Part shown: in pieces, positions 15,001 through 27,000 of the stretch | Numbering within the stretch: position 1 is the stretch's first letter | Layout: every line of letters begins with the position of its first letter | Source of the DNA: Candidatus Undinarchaeota archaeon | Lineage (GTDB): Archaea > SpSt-1190 | Length of the DNA stretch: 64,000 nucleotides | Assembly (NCBI GenBank): GCA_964449215.1 | Contig: CAYVAH010000001.1 | Location: 32,865-96,864 of the forward strand | Reading direction: 5' to 3' | Position numbers and translations under genes: made by a program | The notes under the pieces: model-generated | What the model was told of the DNA's origin: nothing | Seen by the model: the letters and a program-made list of their open reading frames with translations, nothing else | The model's database searches: none

Positions 15001-18000
15001 TGACTGTGGTGACATAGACACACCTGAAAACGGGTCATGGATCCCTGAGAAGGCAAAGAAGTTCAAGTGGACCATAATGGACAGCACCCCGGGGAACACT
15101 TATAACACGAGTTACAGATGGGGACCGAATGTTACGGAGGCCCGGGCTAGAATCGAACACATGGAAGGCAACAACAGTCTGTTCATAAGAAATCAGGATA
15201 CCAAACCACTTGTAGTGAATGTGTTCGACCTGGATAAAAATGCCTCTGCCACAAGCAATGTGTCATTCTGGGTAACCACCGATGCCTCATCATTCCGCCT
15301 TGAACTCACCAACAGGTCGGGCCCGGACGGCAACGCAACCTACTGGTTTGCCCCGAACTGCGACCACCTCGTTGGACCGAGCTACTACTACCAGAAGTGG
15401 AAAGCCATGATCAATGATGGGTGCTATCTCGAGAAAAACACCACAGAGTTCCAATATCGTCTTGTTGGATTCCTATCACCACAGATAACAGCCACAAGAA
15501 ATGAAACTCTTGATGCGAGAACAATCTTCCTGCGCGGAACCAATGTAACTGTGAATATCAGTGTGGATGACGAGTGCTCCGTTAATGTGGACAATGTTGA
15601 AATGAACGTAAGCCTCGTCAGCCAGTACGGAAATACATTCACATGCTCTCCGATTGATGAGCTCGGATCAGGGGAGTATAGCTGTGAACAAAACACAACG
15701 GGGATGCCAGCTCGCTGGTACAACATAACCGCCAGCTTCACATACCAGCCGTGGTACCTTGACGCTAATGCAAGCAAGACCTCTCCAATGAGTGGATACG
15801 GGTATGGTGCATTCTTCATAGAAACCAAGCCAATTCTCTCACTCGAAAAAGTAAACACGAGCAATTATGATGGAGATGATGGACCTGTCGGTGGGTACTC
15901 TGAATTATTCAATTACACTGTCAGGGTCACAGATGAAGATGGAGACCAGGTCAAGGTTCAACTCTGGTACAGCAAGTGGTTAGACCCCGGTTGGGGAGAC
16001 TGGGAGAAATTACTTACGACATCGACGAGCTCCGGAGGATCAGGGGTGAACTTCGCAACGTGCACCGACTGCAACAACACACTTGTATGGCTTGCAAAGG
16101 ACAATTACCTTTGCTCTGAGATGAGCAAATACAGATTCAAGATAAACGCAACGGATGAAATTGGATCCCCCGGAGGGTATGACTCTGAAAGCAATACATA
16201 TGGCTATGAAACCTCGGACCACAACTACACTGTTGAGGAAGATGATGTTGAAGTCCTGCACAGCAAAGGTAATGGATCCACAGTATGGAGAAACGGAACC
16301 GCCTCGACAACACTCGAGACGTATGTATTCGACATCGATGACCAGTCGAATCTCAGCGTGGGCGAAGCCCGCGGCAGACTGTGGATGACAAAGGACCACA
16401 GCAATTATGAGTTCATATCGACTCTTGACCTGCAGGGATCCCCGGGAGAAACAGGATATTTCACATATGACTTCTACCCGGACTGCACCTATGATGTCGG
16501 TAAACAGAAATGGATTGTGGAAACAGCCCCGATGCCGGGAACAACCTGCTATAAGTTCGTGAATTCCTCGGAGTTCGAAACGACACCAAGAGGTTTTCTC
16601 AACATGACAATAAACCTACCTGATGGTGAATATGTGGAGAGATATGAAGACAATGTCACTGTTGATTTCTATGTCTATGATGACTGTAATCAAGGAAAGA
16701 GCGGAACTGTAACTCAGATTAGGTTCATACACCCGCAGGAAACATACATCATCTATGATGCCTCAATAACCGACCACGGCAACGGCACATATACCTACGT
16801 CTGGGACCCGGACGTTGGAGGGGCGAAAATTGGACAGTACAATATAAGTATTGACTCGGACTACGAAAACTACTATGACCCCTACTATGAGAATACCACA
16901 GGATTCAAAGAGAAGGCATTCTGGATTCAGACAAGGCCAAGCCTCTGGAGCCCGACGGTGTTCAGCGTTGATGATGGCGGCTGGGGAGAGACGTGGACAT
17001 ACCAAGTGTATTGCAGGGACGAAGACTACGACAACATAAGCCTGTTGCTGTGGAAAAAGAAGGATTCAAGCTCAGAATGGGTGCTGATAGACACAAAATA
17101 CTGTCAATACTCGGGAATTGACGGCACCATAATCAGTTTCCAGAACAATTACTTCACCTGTGATGACGTAACACCCGAAGGGGAACAAACACTCTGGAAA
17201 ATAAACACAACAGACCCTTGGAACTTTAACCAAAGCACGGGAGACCAGACCCAGACAATACACAAGGATGACGTCAGTGTATTTCCATATTACCCGACAA
17301 AAACTGAAATTTCACGGGAAGGCCCGGACAATACAACATTCAAGTTCTCCATCTCGGATACAGACAGAGGGAATGCACCTGTAGGAGCAAACATAAGTTC
17401 TGTGGCCTGGGTCACATCCAACATAGCCTCAGAGTCGGGGGACTGGACAGTAGTTTCCCTGAACAAGACAGTAAGCGACTCTTCAGTCACATTCCTGTTC
17501 AATCCAAACTGCAGCCATAACGCCAGCTACCTGCTGTGGAAGGGTGGAACCTTCAACGACAGCTGCTACAAGGATGCCAACTTCTCAACCTCGTTCTACA
17601 GTTCCAAGAGCAAGATACACGTAATAGGACAGCTCAAGAACTTCATAAACCACCCGCCAAATGGAAGCAAGTTCTTTGTGGGAGAGCTCATAAACTTCAC
17701 CTTCAATGTAACAGATGAGTGCTACTCAAACTGGGGACCCATAGAGAACGCAACCGTGAACTTCAGCATAATTCTCCCGGGGATACAGCAGGACAACTAC
17801 ACTCAGGACGACTTGACTTATGTCGGTAATGGACTCTACAACTTCTCGTGGAACACCTACTTCCACAAGGGAGGGTACTGGGACATTGAGGTATTCACAA
17901 ACAAGACCCACTACTATGCGAATACCACCTATTTCGACAATTATCTCTATCTCAACAACACCCCACCACTTGTGGAAAACTTTTCCGTGACACCCGCTGT

Positions 18001-21000
18001 TGAAGGCTGGGGCAGAACCTTCACATACAGCGCGGACATCTACGACTCCCAGAAGGACAATGTAACCTGCAAACTCTTTGTCACCACAGACGGGGGATCG
18101 AACTGGGAATACAAAGGGGAACAGGTCATCTACTGGGGTAATGGAACCTGCGAAATTAACGTCACTGACTTCGACTGTTCTGACAGAGGGACTGACAACT
18201 ACTACCGCTTCCAGATAGATGATGGAACGGAAGGAAACCTCAGGAATACCACCGATATTTACGGGCCGAACATCACGGAGGACGATGTTGGTGTCTATTA
18301 TGCATACGGGAATGCCACAAATGTGAGCCGCAAGGGAACCAACTATACGAGCCTTTCATTTCTAGTCACGGATCTAGATAGAGGAAACATCACAGTGAGC
18401 GACGCTAACGGGACGTTCTGGATAACCCGAAATGGGGTAACATATGTCACACAACCTGTCGTCCAGACCAATTCGAGTGGATATGTGGTCTACCAGTTCA
18501 ACCCCGACTGTGACCCGCTGTATGAAACCATGGTCCAGAAATGGAAAGCAGGGGTTGTCGACGGCTGCTATGTGGACACCAACCTAACAGATACCTACGA
18601 ACTTACAGTGATGGGAGACCTCACCAACAATCTTGATTATATATACAAGAACAGCATACCCACAGCACCGCCAGTGAATCTGACAAAAGGCGAGGAGGAC
18701 CTGATAGCGGACATCCATGTGACGGACGATTGTGGACTCGACATAAGCTCGGCAAGCGTCAATATAAGCTGGATAAGCGAATATGGAAACAGGTACAATT
18801 GCACGGTGAGTGACAGCGGGAATGGCATATACAAGTGCAACATGCCAACCGACGCGATGAAGGCAAGGTGGTATGACATTGAAATAAATTCATCCAAGCA
18901 ACCCTATTATTATGACAGCCTGAACACCCTACAACAGAATGTGCTTTTCCTCGAGACCCGCCCGATAGTTACAAACCTCACGTGCCTCAACTGCCCGGGT
19001 GGGTGGGGCGAAACCTTCTATTTCGCCACCACACTCACCGACGAAGACCTTGACAACCTCACACTCAAGCTGTTTGTCCGCAAGCCAGGAACCGGCTTCT
19101 TCTACGAGATGAACTCAACAAACGTCACAGCTCCAATAATAAACAAGACCGTCGTGCTTTCAGTCCCGGATACCACCTTTGAATGCCCAACTCATCTTGG
19201 AACTGGAGAATTCCGCTTTGAGTCACAGGATGACAGAAAACTCACTCAGAGCAACACAACCAACTATACCGTGGAAAGGGACGACGTGAGATTCGAAGTC
19301 TCGGAAGGGGACGGAGACTTTGTGTGGAGGAACGGCACGGGAGCACTGAACCTCAGCCTTGTTGTGTGGGATGACGACAGAAACACCACAATATCTGGAA
19401 TACAGGGAACAGTATGGGTGACTGTGAACCAGAGCTCCTGGGACTCCGGCAAGGGTATTGGGACCAATGGTTCAGGATACCTTAACTATGAATTCATGAA
19501 TGAGCTCCCGCCAGGGGGGCAGAGATGTGACTATGAACTTGGACCACAGTGGTGGCGCGGGTGGGTGAATGACAGCTGCTACAAGGACACATACTCCCAA
19601 AACTACTCACTCACAATAAGGGCGGAACTCCTCCCAGTCATACATATCCCAGACGGCGAAGGTTATCTGCTCGGTGACCACATACTGGTGGCAGGAACCG
19701 TATCGGATGACTGCCCACCGCCTGTGGAAAATGCCACCGTGACCTACAAGCTCAAGAGGGGCAGCAACACATACACCTGCAGCCCAACAAACAGCTATAA
19801 CTGGACCGAGAATCTTGGGTGGTATAACTGCACCTGGGACGCCGGGTCGAGGGTGAAGGGCTGGTATGATATTGAAATGCAGACCAGCAAGGCATACTAT
19901 GCTGATAACTCGACAACCAAGGTCCAGGCATTCTTCCTTGGTGAAGCACCAACCCTGGAGAACCCGCAGGTGGATCACGACTATGGAGGCTGGGGCGAGG
20001 AGTATGTGTTCCAGGTAATATTCAGCGACCCCGATTACCACAGCAACAACGTCTCACTGTGGGTGAGCTCTGATAATGTGACATGGTGGCTAAAGGACTG
20101 GAAGAGTGCCATAGGCGTGGACACAACGGTCCAGTTCTTCGAAAGGTTCACCTGTGATGACATAAGCTCCTTCCCGGATGGTGTGAAATACTGGAAGGTT
20201 CGCGCTGTCGACCCGTTCAATTACAGTGATGAAACCCAGCCAAAGAACATAACATTCATAAGGGATGACGTGACCGTGACCCCGCAGGCAACAAGCAACT
20301 CGTCAATCAGGAGGATGGGAACTGGCGAAGCATACCTGGAATTCAGGATATATGACACCGACCTTGGGGTTTACCCGAATGAAAGTTCCACCAGAGTGTG
20401 GATAACCGAGAACTTCACGAATTACAGTGTGGTGAAGAGCTGCAACTCCACAAACGGGTATTGCAACGTCAGCTGGGACCCGACCTGCACTGCAGAAGCA
20501 GGTGTGCAAAACTGGGTGGCAGGAACCATGGACAAATGCTACCAGCAGGTCAACTCGACTCCAACGGACCTGGAGGTAATAGGCCAGCTCTACCTGCAGC
20601 CGAACCAGCCCGAGTATCACGAGATAGTGAACCGAAACACCACAACGGAGATGAACACCAGCGTAACGGATGAGTGTGGAAACTACGTGGAAAATGCAAC
20701 TGTCATCTGGTATAATGAGATATGGGACCAGATTGCCTCCGGCTATTACGCGAACTGGAGCATCGCCGCGGGCTACGAACTCGGATCGGAAACAATAAAC
20801 GTGAACGCCACCAAGACGCACTACGATGAGGGGACCAACTCCACAGTCGTGTATGTTTACGGGTGGAGCTCCATAACGGACATAAGTCCGGAAAGTGGAA
20901 GCGAGTTCGACGCAGGAAATTCCATCGTGGTTGACTGCACCGTGAAGGATGCCAACATAGGGAGCCCGATCCCGGGATACAGTGTTGATTTCTTCAAGAA

Positions 21001-24000
21001 CGGCACGTATCAAGACACAAAGGTCACACAACCAAATGGAGTGGCAACCTGGCAGTGGAACACCAACACTGAACCGCCCAGCTGGTTCAACATAAGCTGC
21101 CGCATAAATGACAGCTCCACCATGTTCTACAACACCTCGGTGGACACGGCATCGACAATGATCCGGATAAGGAGACCCTTGATATTCGAATACATAAGCA
21201 CTGTTCCGGGAACAATATACCGGAATGACTCTTATAACCCCCACGAAAGCAACATAAGTGTCAAGGTCGTAGAGGCACAGACAGGGCCAAGCGATGGTGC
21301 AAATGTAACATTCTACAACCAGACCTACTCACTCATAGACTACTGCATCACAAACTCTGACGGGAAGTGCTGGATACTTTACAATGCCACCAACACAATC
21401 ACCCCAGACATCTACAGGATATACCTGAATGCCACAAAGGATGGGACAGAGCCCTCTGTAACCAACTACACCTCCGTGAAGGTTATGGGTGTCCTGTATC
21501 TTAACATAACCAGCCCCGTGAACGGGAGTGAACACAACAAGGGAGAAACAATAGACCTGACAGTGGATGTGTGGGACGAAAACAACAACACCATAACTTC
21601 AGCAGATGCATACTGGTGGAATGAAACTGACATGGTGGGACAGGGGCTGTCAACCACTCTGAACCTGAAAACACAGCAGACGGGGTGGAGAAACATAAGC
21701 GTTGAGGTCAGAAAAGACTGCGCCAGCTATCCCGGAACGGAATGCTATGACAGGGCTTGGAACTATTCAATAATAAAAATAAACGGGCTCGCTGGGGTTA
21801 AGTGGGTATCCCCGCCAAGCTATGCGAACCCGCCGTGGTATGAGCTCACAATTTATGTCCCATACAACTTCACCTGCAATGTATATGATGAAATAACAGG
21901 CAATGGCATTTACAACTACACCACAAATGTCTGGTACCGATTCGGAACAGGACCATGGATCCACGCTGGAACCCTCCAGTCCAACATTGACGGGGACGTG
22001 AGCTACACATACGAGCCGAACCAAAAGGGAGACCTGACATTCAAGTGCAACATAACAGATGACCCGGACAAGCTGTATCAGGCAGGGGCGTCGGAAGCGA
22101 GTGCAACATTCAACGTTAAGGATAATGTGCTACCGACCATTGAGGATAATTACATCTACCCGACCTACGGGATTGAAGCTAACCTCAACCATACCACAAT
22201 CTACGCCACAATAAGTGACAATATAGGGATAAGTGCCACCTGGGTCTCTATAGAGCTGCCAAACGGGACATACTTCACGGACAGCATGGTAAGATACCCG
22301 GATGTCGTTGTTGACAAGAAAATCTCCGACCAGAACTCCACAGGATTCACCCACGTTGAGAATGCCAGTGAGCCTGGAGAAATGAAACATTTCAACGTGA
22401 CCATACACAACAATGAATCCTTCAATGTCTATTTCAACCTGACAATCAATGGAGAGCTTGTGTTCCCGAATGTGACAGCGAGCGCCGGAAGCAACACCAC
22501 CGTGGACGCCGTGGAGAATCACAGCTTTTCGCTTCCGGAGCCACTTGACGTGGAGGTCCAGTTCTTCAACGGAACAGGAGAACCAGTGAACGTGAGTCAT
22601 GTTGCATTCCTGGACTACCGGCTTAGCTCCTACAGATACAACTACAGTTATTACCCGGAAATCGGCGGAAACTACAATGTCACCATATATGCACAGGACC
22701 TGCCCCCTGAGAGCAATATACAGAGCAAGTTCACCGGCTCCTTCTATGTGTGGGGAACCACAAATGTAACAGCGAAAAACACGCCCAAGTTTGATGTTGC
22801 TGTGGGTATCACCCAGATCAATAGCTACACGTTCCAGCTGGTGGCAAACATAACCAACAATGGACCTGCAAACGCCTGGAATGTCAGCATGAACATAACG
22901 GACGATTCCTGGAACTACACGGAATACTGGAATGGCACCCACCAGCAAACGTATTTCTACTGCGGGAAGATTCCCGCAAACAAGTCGTGTGTAATCCCAA
23001 TAAACGTAACAATAAAGGAGAAAACCCCGCCTGTTGTCATCATTATAACCTCCAACGTCAGCTGGAGAAACCCGGACAAGAGCTGGAACTACACCTCGGA
23101 CACAACCGAGGTGGAAGTCGCCGACACGCCAGTAATAGAAATACTTGAAGATGAGCTGATCGCACAGGCACCACACGGTATGAGGAGCTATCTTGGCAAC
23201 CTAACAATAGCTTCCACGGGTAACTCGCCTGTGTTCGATCTGGAGGTCTTCCCGGTCGGTGGGAACCTGTTCTACGAGTGCCCCGAATGCAATTTAATAC
23301 TGTTCCCGGACTCCCAGGGGATAATGAATGCCGGAACGAATTACACGATGGACGTGGAACTCGACGTTCCGGGTGGCCAGACTCCCGGGGAATACTGGAC
23401 GGTAATCCGCGCAAACACTAGCAACGCCGCCTACGACGATGCATTATTGAATGTAACAATCCCGTGGAACAGTAGCTGGACCCGCTCGCCCTCTGGGCTC
23501 GGGACCATACTGGCACTGCTGAACACAAATGACACCATAGGGAATGTCACCATAAAGAACATAGGGAATGTCAGGGTGTATGTCACCACATACATAAGCG
23601 GTGCGGGAGCCACCCTCGTGACCGCGGAACCAAGGACCATGGGAATATCAAAGCTCACGTCGAGAAACCTCACAGTGAGTTACAGCATACCGCCGGATAT
23701 CTCGCAGGGACTTTTCCCCGTGCAACTAACACTAAGGGCAAAGGACGAAAAGGGAGACGATGCCGGACAGGAAACGGTCACATTCACTCTGAATGTCACG
23801 GACCTCCCACCAGCCATAGAAAACATCTATGTGGAACCACGGGACTTTGAAATATATCATGATGTTGTGAACATCTCCGCCACAATTACAGACAACTTTG
23901 AGGTCAGTCTGGCTTGGCTCAACATAACCCTTCCAAACGGCACATTTTACAGGAAATACATGAATAACACAGGGTCATTCTATTTCTCAGATTACAGCAC

Positions 24001-27000
24001 GAATATTACGGGCCTGTATATCCTCCGCATCTGTGCAAATGACAGCAGACAGCTGGAAGGATGCACAGCGCCCATAAACCTCACAGCCAACGCCAACACA
24101 AGCTTGAAGTTCCTGCCAAACAGGGAATTGGTAGTCGATAACGCCCGCTGGCTCGACCCCGTTAACTTTACACTCAATTACACCATAAAGAACGCCCGTT
24201 ACTCAAGAGCCTTCAACATAACTGCCAACTATTCAAGCCCCGATGGGTGGAACGTTTACCCACTGGGTGTGAACATCTCTCTGCTGTTGAAACAGGAGGA
24301 ATACAATGACACCCTGAACATTGAGGTACCGGCCGCCACCCTGCCAGGGAACTACAGCTTCAACGTCCTGCTCAACTGGACCAACCTCGATAACACCACC
24401 GGGTTGAACGACACGAACTTCACCATAGAAGTTCTTGAGAACCCACTCATAGAGTCCACTCCTGAAGAAATGAAGTTCACCATAATAAACAAGGAGTGGA
24501 AGAACAAGACGTTGTTTGTGGAGTCCGCAGGAAACGTTATTGTCAACGCTGTGAATGTTACTTGCTTCGGAGGAGTGGTATGCGAAAACATGAGCGTGAA
24601 CATCACCCCGAGCGTGCTTGGATCCATGCCACCGGGAACACTGGCACTTGTGGACATCAGAGTCCAGGTTCCGGAAATCTTTGAGACCGGACTGTATGAT
24701 GGCTACCTCTTCGTGAATGGCACGGAATCCAGCGACCTCACCCGCCTGTGGGTGAGGGTCCCACTCAACATTTCATGGGAGCACAACCCAACCAGCATTT
24801 ACAGGAAGCTTGTTCAAGGAGAAAGTGGAGAGTTCGGAGTTGTCACCATAAAGAACACAGGGAATGTTCTGACAAAACTGTGGCTCAATGTCACAGGGAA
24901 CATAACCGGTTACGTGTCCTTGAATGAAAGTTACCTCGAGATTCCAATCGAGGAGGAAAGATATGTGGCAATAAATTACAGCATGCCCCCAACATATGAC
25001 CAGCTCTATCTCAGCGGTGCCTTCATAAGTGAAAACAACAGCGCAAACATAACCCAACAGGCCACCTCGCTGGGGATGATGGTTCACCCGCTCTGGGTCA
25101 CCATAATTTCACCAACGCAGACCAGCCCAACAATAAATGTTAGCAACGGCACGACGATAAATGTAAACATAAGCGCCACCTATGGGTATTCGCTCATACA
25201 ATCCGGAATAACATTCAACGCATCACTCCACAGAAACGGAACATATTACGATGTGAATGAGAGCTACTACTACAATGACACGGATTTCCTCTGGCACCTG
25301 AACTTCACCGCACCGGACCTGAACCGGAGTACAGGCTACGACCTCGTGGTAACGGGCAACTATTCCCTCTATGATATTGCAAAGACGGACAGGGAAGACA
25401 AGGCAGTGATATACTATGATGTGATACCCCCGGTGGTTGACCTGAGACCGCCCGCGAAAGCGAGTGTCAACGGGACGGCCATGATAAGGCTGAACGCCAC
25501 AGATGCCGGTGGTGTGAAGGACGCCACCGCCACAATAACCTTCCCAGATGGGAACACTGTAAAGAGTTATGAAATGCATCTCGACTACATAGCTGGGGAC
25601 ACGTATGCGTTTTCACTGGCGTTCAACGAGACCTGGCAGGAAGGAATTTATGGGGTGTCCGCCAAAGCCTGTGACTATTCCGGGAACTGCGGATCCGACA
25701 CCGGTCAGTTCGCGACGTTCCAATACGCCAGGTTCTATGGCAGGACACTGGACCTCGAGAAGTCTGACGAGACTCCCATCAACCTGACATTCGACCTCTA
25801 TGAGGAAGGAACGATGAACCTGCTCCAGACAGTATATCCGAATGAAACTGGACATTACAACGAAACCATAGATGTGAGAACCTATGACATTGAAGCAGGC
25901 TTTTCGAATATGTCCTGCAAGTTCTACGGCGTTCCAATATTCACAGACGTTTATAACCCTGTCCAGATGGGCCGCATAAGTCCCAGCTTGATCGGGAAAG
26001 GCTCGCTGGTCGGGATGGAACTCGTCGAAAACCTGAGCTTCAGTTCCGCAAAAATAAAGTTCAGCTATGCGGGATATGAAGGAATAGATACCAGCAATCT
26101 GGCAGTATATACCTGCGAGGACTGGGTGAGGTTCAGTGGGTGTGCAAACAACAGCTGGGTCAGGAGCAACAGCACTGTGGTCGAACCCGGCACGGAAGAA
26201 GCCTACGTAATTGTAAGCGACCTTTCGGAAGCCTATGCCCTCGCAGAGTATGTTTGCGGGAACGATGTGTGCGAGACGCCCTATGGAGAAACGACTGCTG
26301 TGTGCCCGCAGGACTGCCCGGCAGGAGGGGCAGGAGCAGGGGGAGCAGCAGCAGGGGGTGGAGCCGGTGGGGGAGCAGCGGGAGGAGCAGCCGTCGCACC
26401 GGCTCCGACACCTACCATCCCGGCAGAAAAGTTCAAACCGGTACCTGTGGAGTTCAAGGCCCCTGTGATAGACATCACGATATACCCGGGTGAGTCAAAG
26501 GTCTTTGGAGTCGAAGTAACCAACAACATGGAAAATTCCACAACCGGGAGGACATATGCAGAGGGTCCTGTATGGACACTGCTGGAATTCCAGTTCGAAA
26601 ACTTCACCGTCGAGAACAAGTCAACAAGGACAGTGCAGATAAATGTTGTCCCAACTGCCAACGTGACTCCGGGTGTATATACAGGGGACATTGTCCTTGA
26701 AGTCGCGGGCATAAAGCACCGCATACCTGCTTCAGTAGCTGTGGAGATACTGGAAGAACCACTGCTCGACGTGAAGGTCAAAACACTCACAAAGAGGGTG
26801 GCACCCGGAGAGCCGTTGAAGTTTGAGGTCACCCTGATAAACATGGGTGGGACGGAGGAAATAGAGGACATAGTGGTCAACTACACGGTAATGACCCTCG
26901 AAGGGGAGGAAACCACAATAACAATAGCGGGAGAAACTGTAGCCGTTGAAAACCTGAACAGGTATGTCAGGGAGGTTACAATACCTGAAGATGTGCCTGA

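Noticed and set aside
47-20250. Possible CRISPR array or assembly collapse suggested by the ~1 kb periodicity
   Set aside because: The periodicity is at the protein-domain level. Repeat units are divergent in DNA sequence, ~1 kb long and coding, with no short identical direct repeats separated by spacers. That same divergence argues against a collapsed tandem assembly, though long-read confirmation is still advisable.
8494-23176. Long antisense ORFs inside the giant gene (e.g. 8494-8985, 9443-9967, 11924-12451, 20303-21244 at 313 aa, 22130-23176 at 348 aa, 26281-26880)
   Set aside because: All lie opposite a continuous 28 kb sense ORF with clear protein-domain periodicity. They are Cys/His/Arg/Val-rich shadows of its codon composition and have no start context or motifs.
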